A stretch of DNA of 63,999 nt, filler included, from Malassezia furfur (lineage: Eukaryota), in NCBI GenBank assembly GCA_052055015.1. It is 3 parts of 3 records of this genome, joined end to end, with 100 filler letters (N's around TTAATTAATTAA, not from the genome) between each part and the next. Parts side by side here need not be neighbours in the genome. Positions count along the whole stretch, not along the records: positions 1 to 23,567 come from JBQJIT010000150.1; 2 more parts are not named here. One strand, written 5' to 3'. Below are positions 1 to 11,453 of this stretch, one piece after another. The notes under the pieces were generated by a model that was not told the origin of the DNA, ran no database searches, and worked only from the letters and a program-made list of their open reading frames with translations. A program made the position numbers and the translations under genes. The stretch's first letter is position 1; each line of letters starts with the position of its first letter.

Positions 1-1179
1 GCCGTCGGCGCCTCGGCCTCACCTTCTTTCTGCCGGTTGCGCCGGCGCGCGACGAGTCCTTTGCTGACATGCAGCGGGTTCGCATTCGGGATCGTGACGC
101 GCGGCGGCGGTGGCGGTGGCGGCGGCGCTGCGCGCACTGCGGGGCGGACATCTACCTCGACACCTGCTGCGCGTTCGAGGCGTTGGAAGCAGAGCGCACA
201 GCACTCGTCCGGGAGGTAGTAGTAACGGCCCAAATGCGTCTTTTCCTTGCGGTTGCCGATACGCACGCGCCCCTCTTGATCCTTGTGCAGGTTCATGCGG
301 TGTGTAATGCCCTTGGGCAGGGCGCCATACAGCGCCGTCAAAACGGCCGGGTTCGTTGGCAGCCGCGCGAGCTTCTTGAGCAGGCGCTGAGGCCGCACAA
401 GCGGCAGGAGGAACAGGAGGAATTCCTGTGTGAGTCGTGTGACGTACCGTGAAGGCGTTCCAGACGAGCTGCCGGTTGAGGAACTCAAACGAGACGTTGC
501 GGTTCAATGCGCGGTTCGCGTAGGTGAGGCGCATGCCCAGCATGCGGTCGGCGATCGTGCGGTACTTGCCGTTCCACAGAAACGCGGCAAAGTTGAGCAA
601 TGCCAGGATATTGTACACACGAAGTCCCTGCTCAGCCAGGGACCACGCGACGAACTCGGGGCTCTCGCTGGGTGCGTCGGCGAAGCCCTGGTCGCTCATG
701 TACGACTTGCCCTTGTTGTAGCAGTAGGGCAGCAGAATACGCAGCACAGGGTACAGCGTGAGCTGAAAGGCGCGCAGTGGTGCGTCGCGCGCGGTCGATT
801 GCACTGGGTCAGGCGCCGGTCACGTACAGTTCGAGGTGTGTGCCCACTCGTTACGGTATTTGAGGTTCTGCAGCATCGCGCCGTACGACGCGCCGCGGTC
901 ATAGATACTGAACTTGTAGAGGATGAGGCGCAGCAGGACGTAGATCTCGTCGACATGCCGTGTGCTCACCGATGGCGACACGTTGCGGAGCGCCGACTTG
1001 ACCGGCTCCGCGAGCAGGTCGGTGAGCTCCTCGTCCAGCAAGTCGGCATCGAGCTGGCCCACGCGCTGCACACGGAGCAAAGGCGACGAAAAATACGGCA
1101 GGCGTGCGCGGATCGCCTCAATGTGTGGCAGCGCACGCTCGTACGCGCCCTCGTAGAACGAACGCGGGGCGCCGCTCAT
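1..1179 (-). CDS. PEX2: Peroxin-2 (peroxisomal RING ubiquitin ligase), 3' end runs off the window
   Basis: Motifs LRVQRVGQLDADLLDEEL, GASYGAMLQNLKY, GKYRTIADRMLGMRL and VSFEFLNRQLVWNAFT|EFLLFLLP, joined across two short GTACGT..CAG introns. Confidence 0.9.
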
Positions 1180-1223
1180 CGTCTACCGGAGCGCAGGAGA
1201 TCGGGGGCATATCGGGAGCTTCC

Positions 1224-1884
1224 ATGGCCTCCGACGCACCGCTGCCCAAGGCGGTCGTGTTCGATTTGGACTATACGCTATGGCCCTACTGGGTGGACAC
1301 GCACATTGACCCGCCGCTCAAGCGTCGGAACGATGCGCTGAACGAGGTGGTCGACCGCAGTGGACTCAAACTTGGCTTTTTCCGCGACGTGCCGTCCATT
1401 CTGCTCGAGCTCAAGGACCGTGGCGTGCACGTCGCCGCGGCGTCGCGTACTGCAGCACCCGCTGTAGCGCGACAGGCACTGCGCGAGCTCATGATTGACC
1501 AGGGCGATACAGTGCACACACGCCCGCCGCGGCAGACGGGCCGCGCGTCGGAGCGCAAAAACGTCACCAAGGCGATCCGTGCGTGCGAGGCGCTGACGCA
1601 GACTTGTTTGACCAGCTCGAGATCTACCCGGGCTCCAAAGTGGCGCACTTTTCCAACATTGCCAAGGCATCGGGGGTGGAATATCGCGACATGAGTACGT
1701 ACACAGCTAATACCAGTCTTTTTCGACGACGAGCACCGCAACGGTAGGTCGGCGACCCGTACTGACCGCAGCCGAAGTCGAGCGCAAGCTGGGCGTGCAC
1801 TTTGTGCTGGTCGGCAACCAGGGCCTGGACCGTGCGACCTTCGACCGCGGCATCGCCGAATGGCGCAAAAAGCGCGGACACTAG
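1224..1884 (+). CDS. MDP1: Magnesium-dependent phosphatase 1 (HAD superfamily)
   Basis: VFDLDYTLWP HAD motif I, AAASRT, and FFDDEHRN after splicing three 22-28 nt introns; TAG at 1882-1884. Confidence 0.88.
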
Positions 1885-3383
1885 CTAGGCAGGTGGGTAG
1901 GGCAGCACCGGCGGCGCGCCGTAAGGCACGACCGGCGGCGCATGCACAGACCGAATCCAGTCGTGCGTGCGTGTGTAGTTGGGCGGTGCACGGATCGCGG
2001 CCATGTCCGACTCATATGCGACGATCTGCTCGTCGGCGTTCTCGCCGTCGTCGCTCAGTTCGTCGTCAAAGGCTTGGGTATGCAGGTCGCGCATCCGCTG
2101 GCTGATCCGCTCGTCGGCGCCGAGATCGTCGTCGCCCTCCTCATCGTCGTCCAGCGCTGGGTTTAACGAGTGGCGCGGCGTGTGCTGCATCTGCACACTC
2201 GGCGCAAATGGCATAGACCGCAGGTTGTCGATGATGCGCGTGCGGAGGCTGTCGAGGTACGAGGGGGTGTTGAGGTTGTCCATGCCGCTCTTGGGCACGT
2301 CTAGTTTGTACTCGGGGCCGTAGTACTGGATATATTCGTTGAACGGCAGGTTCTTGTCCAACTGCTCGCCGAGGAGCAGCCCCGTCTCGTACGCCCAGGT
2401 GCGGGCGACATTCCGCACCGTGTAGCCGCCACCCCCAACGCAGATGAGCGGCACGCCAAACGACCGCACAAACTCGACGCATGCCGCGTGGCCCTGCATG
2501 CTGAGATTGAAGCAGCCCAGCTTGTCGCCGGCGAGCGAGTCGGCACCGCACTGCAGCACGACGGCGCCCGGGCGGAACCAGTCCATGATGTGCTGGATGA
2601 CGGGCCGGAAGATGGACGCGTAGCTCTCTGCATCGATCCCGTCGTGCAGCGGCACGTTCACCGCGTACTTCTTGCCGCGCTTGATGCCGATGTCGCGCAC
2701 GTCGCCGGTGCCGGGGAAGAAGTCGCCAAACTTATGGAAGGAGGCGGTCATCACGCGGTCTGTAGAGTAGAACGCCTCCTCGACGCCGTCGCCGTGGTGC
2801 ACGTCAATGTCAATGTAGAGCACGCGCATGTGCGTGCGGAGCAGCTCGAGGATCGCGAGCACAATGTCGTTGGTATAGCAGAAGCCGCTTGCCTCGCGCT
2901 TCTTGGCATGGTGTAGGCCGCCGGACCAGTTGATCGCGACGTCCGCAAGACCCGCATTCAGCCGGTTCGCCGCGCCAATCGAGCCGCCACATGAGATCGT
3001 GCAAAACTCAAACAGGCCGTCGAACGCAGGGCAGTCCTCACCGATCAGGAACCGCGTCCCATCGCCGGTCAGCTCCTGCACGGTCTCGGGCGAGACACGC
3101 GACAGGAATTCGATGTATTCGTCGGTGTGGAACTTGGTCATGTCCTCCTTTGTGGCGCGCTTGGGACGCTGGGTGAGCATGGTCACGTACGAGGATGGTC
3201 ATCTTCTTGTCCAGGCCGTAGTTGACAATCAGGTTGTGGGCCATGCGCATCCGATGCGGCTTCATGGGATGGCCGAACCCATACGAAAAGTTGCCCACGT
3301 CGTCTGTGTAAGCCGCCGCACGCACTATCATAGTAGTAGGCGATCCGCTCCCCGGGTCGCCGGTACGCTGGCGGCGCCTCCAT
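1885..3383 (-). CDS. Class I histone deacetylase (Rpd3/Clr6 family)
   Basis: [57 protein letters not shown]; two 22-nt introns near the 5' end. Confidence 0.93.
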
Positions 3384-3459
3384 CGTGCACCGACGTTAAG
3401 CGGCGCCCCCGCCGACACCCCACCTCGGCCGAGTGTGGAGGTGCTTGCACCGTGCGTCT

Positions 3460-6400
3460 ATGAGGGCCACACGGCGGCGCAGGGCCGCGCCGGAGCCGGA
3501 TGCGCCGCGCAAGCAGGCGCGTCCGGATGACGAAGAACTATACAGCGAAGAAAGTGAGGGCGACGACTTTGCGAGCGACGCGTCGTCCGATGAATACGAG
3601 CCGCCGCCGGAGCCGGTCGAGGAGGAGGAGGTGGAAATCGAGCAGGAGGACTTTACACGCCTCATCCACGCGTTCACCGATGAGCCGGGGAAACGCAGCA
3701 CAGATGAAGCACAGAGAAAGGGCAAGTCCAAGTGGAACCAGTCCATGGAGGAGGAGATGGAGTCGTTCCACCACGAGCTACGCGATGTCAACGGCTACGC
3801 GCGTAAACACAAACCCACGCGTATCCGCGAGCAGGCGCTCTCTTCCGAAGTGCGAGCACTGCTGGCTCAGGCGAACATTGCATATGTCGAGGCGGACCTG
3901 CCGGGTGCCATCCGGCAGCTCGAAGAGGTGATCCGCATCGAGCCCACCGTCAAGGGCGCCTGGTATACCCTAGGCATGTGCTTCGAGGAGCTCGGCGAGG
4001 AGGAGAAGTCGATCCAGTGCCGTATTGTCGGTGCGCACCTCACAAGTAATGCAAGCGACGAGTGGAAGTCGCTCGCGCGCCGCAGCCGTGAGCGTGGTCT
4101 GCTGCAGCAGTCGATCTATTGCTTGCAGCAGGCCATCAAGAAGAATCGAAACGATGTCGACGCGATTTGGGACCGCGCTGTGATGCTCAAGGACTCGGGA
4201 CGCCAGCGCGCCGCCGTTGAGGCGTTCCAGGCGATCTTGCGCCTCCGGCCCTACGACGCTGAGGTGCTGTGTGAGCTGATTCCCCTCCTTGTGTCGCTGG
4301 GCGAATACGAGACGGGCGTGTCGATCCTGGAAAAGATGCGCCAGGCCAGCATGAGCGGAGTATCGTTCCCTGACCCCAACCTCGACCCTGCACTGCAGGA
4401 AGCGACGCGCGCCGAGGTCAACTTTACTCTCAACGAGCTGGTCACGCTTGGCGATCTGCTGCTCCTGTTGCGCCGGCCGCTGCAGGTCATCTTGGTCGTG
4501 AAGCAAACCATCCGCTGGATGCGGGGCCATCCTCGCGAGGATTTACCCGAAGATGCACAGCAGGATTTGGAGCTGGACGACTCTGCCGACAATGTCCTGG
4601 ATCGCGAAGTGCGTCTGCGGCTCGGCAAAGCCCGATTCATGCTCAAGGACTTTGACGAGGGCCGTCGGCACTTTATGATCCTAGCCGACGATGCTGAGAT
4701 GGCCGACCAGCCTATGTTATTCCTCGAGATGGCCGACTGCTTCTTTGAGTACCAGCAGTACAGCGACGCACTCGATCTCTACCGAGCACTCGCGGACGAC
4801 GGTCTGGTGGACGATGTGCAACTCTACGTACAGATGGGCATGTGCTTCCAACACCTCAGCATGCCAAGTGAGGCCGCCCAGGTATACGAGGCCGTGCTAG
4901 AGGCGAATCCTGACAACTTTGACGTCAAGCTCGGACTCGCAGAGGTGTGTGAGGAGCTGGGCGATCGCGAAAAGGCACTTCGCCTCGTTAATGAGGTGCT
5001 GATCGCGCGAAATGAACTACGGCAAGCGGAAGGTGCAACGGAGGGTGCGGCACAGAGCCAGACGGCACCCATCGCGGCCGCTGCCCCCGCCCCGGAAGAC
5101 GAGGGCAGCTCACTGTCCTTCTTCAACGAGGCTAGCGCTCAGGGCGGCACAGGCGCCGCACAAGGCACATCGACACGCGGCTCGCGCACCGGCATTTCGT
5201 TTGCAGAGCGCCAGCGTCTTGAGCAGCAACGTGAGGAAGAGACGCGCCTGGCATGGGTGCAGCTCTCCGCGCTCGAGCCACTCGTGTTTGTTGAGGGATT
5301 CTGGCACCCTGACTTCGTATTTTTGGATGGGACGATCGACGCTCCAGATGAGCCGCGTACGTCGTCCGAAAGTGAACGCAAACGGTTCGACGCCACGCGC
5401 CAGTGGATGCAGGTGGCAGGGCGCCTCATCGACTCGTTCCGCTCCATGTCCCTGCTGTTTCCCAAGGAACGCTATACGAAGTACCGCGGCGTCGTACGTC
5501 CACGACGCAGTCGGCGAGCCAAGGCGCTTGATCTGGACAGTCAGGCCGAGGCGCTCCTCTCCCGCCTGCGTGATCGGCTTGTGGACGATGCAGCGCTGCA
5601 GTCTGCCGAGGAAATGTCACACGATGCCCCGGAACAATCGGCGTTTCGCACGATCGATTTTGACGACTGGGTGCTGCTGTTTATGAAGGTATGTGCCTCG
5701 CTTATGCAGTATGCTGTGGGCCTTGCTAAGGTCGGCGACGAGGATGACGCGATCCACGACCTGTTTCGGCATATTATGGTGTCCAACACCGTGTGGCCAT
5801 CCGAAGCACGGAAGACGGCGCTGCATCTATGCTGGCTAGGTACGCCGTTGATTAACCAAAGCTTGTGCTATGTACTCGCGTAACTCTGCGCGTGCTTTTG
5901 ACGTGGCGCGCTGGCTTCCCACGCACTACCAATTCCACAACGAGCCGCTGCGTCTGATTGCGTCGGTCGCGAACGGGATGGGATTCTACGGCGTCGACGC
6001 GTTTGTGAGTGCCACCAACACGAAGCAGTACCAGCGTCGGATGCGTACGCAGGAAGCTATTGTCTCTGGTCGTCCAGCAAGGATCAACGCGCGCAATGGG
6101 CGTTGGACGATTGCTGGCGTCGACGACGACGAGGCCGATGAGTCGATCGCCGACCCCGACGAGACGCGCATGTCGGAAGCGAGCGTGCAGCCTGTATCCA
6201 CAAAGTCATCCCCGATCAGCGAGATGTTCTATGGGTACCTTATGCTTTGTGCGGGAAGCTACCAGCCGGCGATGGGTGCGTAGCGTCACTAACCCAGGGT
6301 ATTTGCTCCGTGCGTACGCACTCCAACCGAATGATCCGCTACTCTGCCTCCTCTGCAGTGTCGCATGCCTGAGTCGTGCATCGAATCGACAGGTGGACAA

Positions 6401-6714
6401 CCGAAACCACACGATCGTGCAAGGTATTGCCCTGCTCACGCAATATGCACAGCTGCGACCTGGCACTGCAGAGGCAGAGTACAATTTCGGACGCGCGTAC
6501 CAACACCTAGGTTCGTCTTCCAACTCACGCAGGATTGTCCCACCTCGCAATCCCTCGTTATCAGCGTGTGCTCGAGCTGGCGCATGGGAGCCCCCGACCG
6601 GAAAAGGGCTTTTGCATGGCGCGCGAGGCCGCCTTTAACCTGGCGCTGCTATATGCGAGTGCGGGGTCTCCACATCTCGCCCAGCGCCTGTACCGACAGT
6701 GGTTAGTTGTATAG
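3460..6714 (+). CDS. TFC4: TFIIIC TPR subunit (Tfc4/tau131)
   Basis: Acidic N-terminus, TPR arrays, C-terminal EAEYNFGRAYQHLGLSHLA...EAAFNLALLY...RQWLVV*; introns 5689-5709, 5840-5861, 6276-6297 and about 6510-6531. Confidence 0.88.
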
Positions 6715-6724
6715 ACACGTGGCA

Positions 6725-7618
6725 ATGGCGATCATGCCGAGGTGGGTGTGGATTGGTGCCGTGTGTGCGGCACTTGTGGCCGCACAGAGCGAGACGTATA
6801 CATTGCTTCATCGCGTCCAAACAATTGGCGGGGATGGAAAGCAGGTGAATACGCCCTGGCAGCCTCGCGCGCTTATTAGGTATCCGACGACGGTCGCCGG
6901 CGAAGAAGGCCTCGTTGTCAACGAGGGGATTCCGTCGGAGATGTCCTTCCCGCCGAACGATGAAAATGCTTTCTACCAAGTCAAGGTGGTCGAGGGCGAC
7001 GCTCGCACCTTCTCTGCAGACGCCTGGTCGTCTAAGGTGAATGGCAAGGGTGGGATTTCGTCCATGACCAAACTCGTATGTGAGCCGCTTACCCAGTGTC
7101 AATTGCGTGCCCCTCCTGGTGAGCCAGTGAAAGATACCATCGAAGTGCATCTCTCGAAGCCGCCGTTGGAGATCGGCGATACGTCGTCGCCTCCTTACGT
7201 GGTTGGCCTCACATACGGGATTCTGCCGCGCGTGCCTTACAACAATCAGGCGTGCCCTATCTATGACGGCAATGCACCGCATTCTGATGGGTTCTCTAGT
7301 GTCGTCTCTGTGAGCGTGCCGGTGGTGCCGGATACGTACGTGTATATCTCACCCAGTCCGTTGCGTCTCAAAGACAAAATTGACGAGGAGACACCCGAGG
7401 GCGAGGCGAAGAAGAAAGACAAGGCGCCGTTCGACCTCGTGGCCTTCCTTCGCAAGTATTGGTACTACATCCTTCCCATTGTCATCCTCTTCATGCTGCC
7501 GATGCCCGAGGATGTTCAGGATACACAGCCGCGTGCGGCGCCCGGTCGCGTCGCTGCAGGCCCGGGCAAGGGGCCAGCACAGCCAGCCACAGCTCCGGGT
7601 CGTGCGGGCCGCCGCTAG
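6725..7618 (+). CDS. EMC10: ER membrane complex subunit 10-like type I membrane protein
   Basis: N-terminal signal peptide and C-terminal FLRKYWYYILPIVILFML TM motif typical of EMC10; two in-frame 21-nt introns. Confidence 0.65.
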   Translation: MAIMPRWVWIGAVCAALVAAQSETYTLLHRVQTIGGDGKQVNTPWQPRALIRYPTTVAGEEGLVVNEGIPSEMSFPPNDENAFYQVKVVEGDARTFSADAWSSKVNGKGGISSMTKLVCEPLTQCQLRAPPGEPVKDTIEVHLSKPPLEIGDTSSPPYVVGLTYGILPRVPYNNQACPIYDGNAPHSDGFSSVVSVSVPVVPDTYVYISPSPLRLKDKIDEETPEGEAKKKDKAPFDLVAFLRKYWYYILPIVILFMLPMPEDVQDTQPRAAPGRVAAGPGKGPAQPATAPGRAGRR

Positions 7619-7772
7619 GTATGCGATGGTAGTGAAATGCATAGACTTGCAGCACCGTTTCGACTGGCGCGGTGTAGGCAGAGCGCCGCACGCGCCCCTT
7701 CAGCCTGCGTTACGTAGCTCGCTCGAGCCACGGCTCCACCGCAAATTACTCAGCAACATTTTTTTGGCGACC

Positions 7773-8691
7773 ATGAGCCGCCCAGAACATCAGGCGCCGC
7801 CTGAAATCTATTATGGCGATACAGAAGCACGGAAGTATACGGCCAAGTACGTTATCCAGCTAATGCAGTACGCGCAACCAAGAGATCCAGGCAGAGATGA
7901 CGCTGCGGGCCATCGAGCTCATGGCGCTTCCAGAGCACAGGAAACCCGCGCTCATTCTCGACATCGGTTGTGGCTCGGGCCTTTCGGGTGAAATCCTCAC
8001 CGAAGAAGGTTACGAGTGGGTCGGCTTTGACATCAGCCCTAGCATGCTGAGTGTGGGCCTCGAGCGAGACGTGGAAGGCGATATGATGCTTGCAGATGCG
8101 GGTCATGGATGCATGTTCCGCCCTGGCAGCTTTGACGGCGCGATCAGCATCTCTGTTCTGCAGTGGCTCTGCAACGCGGACACGTCGTACAATGCACCTG
8201 GTGCGCGGCTAAGCACCTTCTTTACCACCCTCTATGCTTCGCTCACGCGAGGCGCTCGGTGTGTCTTCCAGTTCTACCCTGAAAACGACGACCAGGTGCA
8301 GTTCATTATGCAACAGGCAACCAAAGCTGGGTTCGGCGGCGGTCTTGTCGTCGACTACCCCAACTCGGTCAAGGCAAAGAAGATCTACCTCGTTCTCTGG
8401 GTTGGTGGTGAGATGATGGTGGGCCCGAATGGCGAGGGCCAGGGCATAAAGCAGCAGCTCCCGCAGGCCCTGGAGCACGACGAGCCCAACGTGGTGCGTA
8501 ACGAGCAACGCCGTGTGCGTGACGACCGCCACGAGCGGAATAAGAAGAAGAAGAAGGGTGAGACTGTGAAGCAATACATCCTACGAAAAAAAGAACTCGA
8601 CCGTGCGCGAGGCAAAACGGTATGTGCCCTGCTAACCCAGAATGTGCCGCGCGACTCCAAATATACGGGCAAGAAACGCCGTCGGAAATAG
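7773..8691 (+). CDS. BUD23: 18S rRNA m7G methyltransferase Bud23/WBSCR22
   Basis: MSRPEHQAPPEIYY, LDIGCGSGLSG, FDGAISISVLQWLCNA, SKYTGKKRR; 22-nt and 21-nt introns. Confidence 0.95.
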
Positions 8692-8726
8692 GGGTAGTAG
8701 TGTGGAGGTCATCCACGAACATCACC

Positions 8727-9912
8727 ATGCGGGGACCCATCCCAGCACGCGTGGATCACACCAGTGCATTCCGCCAACTCTTACAAGAGTGTGAGAGCAA
8801 GGGCATCCAGGTGGACGCACCGCCGAAGCCCACTGCTGCCCAGCTGAAGCAACGCAGTGCGGCCGAGTCTTGGACACGGGAGGCCTACCGGATTGTACGT
8901 ATGCACAGCTCATCAGAAACGGCAAATTGCGTCTCTGTATACCTTCCTCGGTGCGATTCGGCGACCTTACCTTGACATTTCCTCCAAGGGCCGCTATTCC
9001 ACCTCTGACTGGAAAGACGAGGACGAGAATGAGCTCGACACAGAGTCCACCAAAGACGACGCGTTTGCAAAATGGCAGCACATCCATGCACTGACCGACG
9101 CTGAGCGCGATGAGATCGATTTCCAGGTAAAGCTCATGATCAAGAAGTGCCTTGAAAGTGTTCAGGAATTGGAACGTGGCGAGAAGCGTAGGTCAAGGTG
9201 ACTGACGCAGTTCGGAAGCAGGCCGTGGACCGATCACTTTCTTCGGCACGCAGGTCGGCGCTGGGCCCAATGATGCTCTTGCGCGGTGGTGCCATTGCAC
9301 GGCAGCAAAGCGCATCAGATGCAGTTGCGGCATATCATGCAGCTGTGACGCAGTACCTTTCCGAACAGTTGGCTCGTGCTTCGTCCATCCAAGCGACGCT
9401 ACAGCAGCGCCGCGTCGAAGCCGAGCAGCAGCGGCATCAGAAGCTTGCCGATGGTGCACAAAAGGTACTGCGCAATGGGGCAGCAAACGACGCATCGGCC
9501 TCCAACTTGCGCGGCAGTGCAGGTGCACTTAGCCAATCTTCGAACAATGACCTCGCGCAGGAGTTGACGAAAGAGCAAGTCCAGATGTTTGAGGAAGAAG
9601 CGTCGGCATTGATCCAGTCGCTGCAGTCTGAGCTACAGGCTGTGCAGCATGCGGAGCAGCAGCTGCACGACATCTCAGATCTGCAGACCCGCATTATGCA
9701 GCACCTCCAAGAACAGAACGAGCAGACGAGTCAGCTGCAAACCGAGGCTGCTGGTCACGGCGAGCAAGTCACAAGCGGCAACGAGCAGCTCCGTAAAGCC
9801 AAGGAGCGCAACCGCGCCGCGAACCGGTTCCTGTCAATGTTCTTTGTGATCAGTGGCCTGTTGCTCCTGGTTATGCACTGTACGTTTCTGACTAACACTA
9901 GGGATTGGATAG
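8727..9912 (+). CDS. UFE1: ER t-SNARE syntaxin-18/Ufe1
   Basis: LTDAERDEID motif, C-terminal SNARE coiled coil (GNEQLRKAKERN) and TM anchor; three 22-23 nt introns. Confidence 0.8.
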
Positions 9913-9932
9913 CAAACGGAGCACGTCATGGA

Positions 9933-11435
9933 TTACTCGTGCAATTCTGGGTCAGCCGGAGCCACCTACCTTTCGACGTGCCAAATTTAGGCAGACGCAG
10001 ATACATGTCCGTACCATAGCTGGGGTGAGTCGATGAGATACGTACCCATCGAGCGTCCGGAAATCCAGACCGCCGCCAAATAGGTCGGCATAGAGCTTGA
10101 CACTGGCGTTAGTTTGACGACGTACATGGGGAGGCCATTCTTCGACTCCATGTTCAGCACTGACAAGCGCATCAGTCCATCACCACCGGGGTAGGATGCA
10201 CTAGGGTCATCATTGGACGCGGATTGCGAGGCGCGCCCCATCGACTCGGTCTCATCGAGCTGGATGTTCATCCGGTCGAGCTGCTCGCCAATGTTCATAA
10301 ACGACCATACAAGACCACTCTCTGGGTCCCGCTGCATTTTGTCGCTGCGCGGGAGAAGAATCGGCCCACGTGCACGAGTGACCTCGTACTCCTGCTCCAG
10401 CCGCTCAAACGACGGCTCTTCCGACTGCAGCCCTCCGCCACGGTCCGACACGCGTATGACCATATCGCCACGGTCTGGCCCATTCACAATGGTGATTTGG
10501 ACAGGTGGGGGCGTCCGGCTCATCTCGCGCATCGACGAGTCTGAGAACCGTGCCATGGTCGACTGCATCGACACTTTGATCAGCTCCAGCAAGATGAACT
10601 CGAGATGCTCCGTGACGTAGGCAATGTGCACGTCCGTGTCGCCCTCGAGTATGACGTCTGGGAGACGTGGATCATCTTGGTCCCAGCCATTGAGCGAAGC
10701 AATGGACTCCTTGGCGATTTTGGCACTCTTCGCAACCGACTTGGCGACGTCCAGGTCCGTGTCGATCATCCCGATCTTGGTACCCTTGGACTTTTCGCCC
10801 GAGCGGTGCATTGCGGTCAGTGCAATGTGCTGCTTGGCCAATACTTCGCGCGATACTTGCGATCGTAGCATGCGCGCGAGGAACAAGTCCACAGTCTCGG
10901 GCTCCATATAGTACACACACTCCCGGCTGATCCCGGCGATCAATGCCAATTTACTCTTGCGTTCTGAGAGCAGGCCGGTCATGACCTTGATAAGTTCCTG
11001 ATTCTGCTCCAGCGTCTCGATACGCTCCATGCGCCGCAGCGTCTCAAACGTGCTCCAGAAGAACTGGTAGATCGAGTCGAGCTGCTCATTCGACATGGCC
11101 ACGAACGGGAGCGCCTGCATATCGCGCAGACGATGCGCAACGCGTGTCGTGACCTCGGTACGAAGGTAATTGGCACTCTCCATGAGCAGCCCACGGTGTC
11201 GCTGTGCGGACTGCCCAAACAGGATGAGCTGTCGCAGGGTCGTCCGCTTTGCGGGGACATTGCCCCACTGCTGGACCATCCGGTTGCGGTAGAAGAAGCG
11301 GCCGAGCGCCGCCGAGTCTTCGTCACTCGCCGCCGCCGTAGACGGCGTCGAGATCACCGGCATTGACGCACGCCGCCGTACCGCATGCGTACCAAACGAC
11401 CGCAGAGTGGTCCCTCGCGCAGCCGAGCGGAGCAT
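9933..11435 (-). CDS. Mitochondrial pyruvate/branched-chain ketoacid dehydrogenase kinase family protein
   Basis: Presequence-like N-terminus, SANYLRTEVTTRVAHRLRDMQALPF, IRVSDRGGG; spliced C-terminus GLPIVKLYADLFGG..DGYGTDMYLRLP..KELHE*. Confidence 0.85.
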
Positions 11436-11453
11436 CGTGGAAATGTGGAGGAT

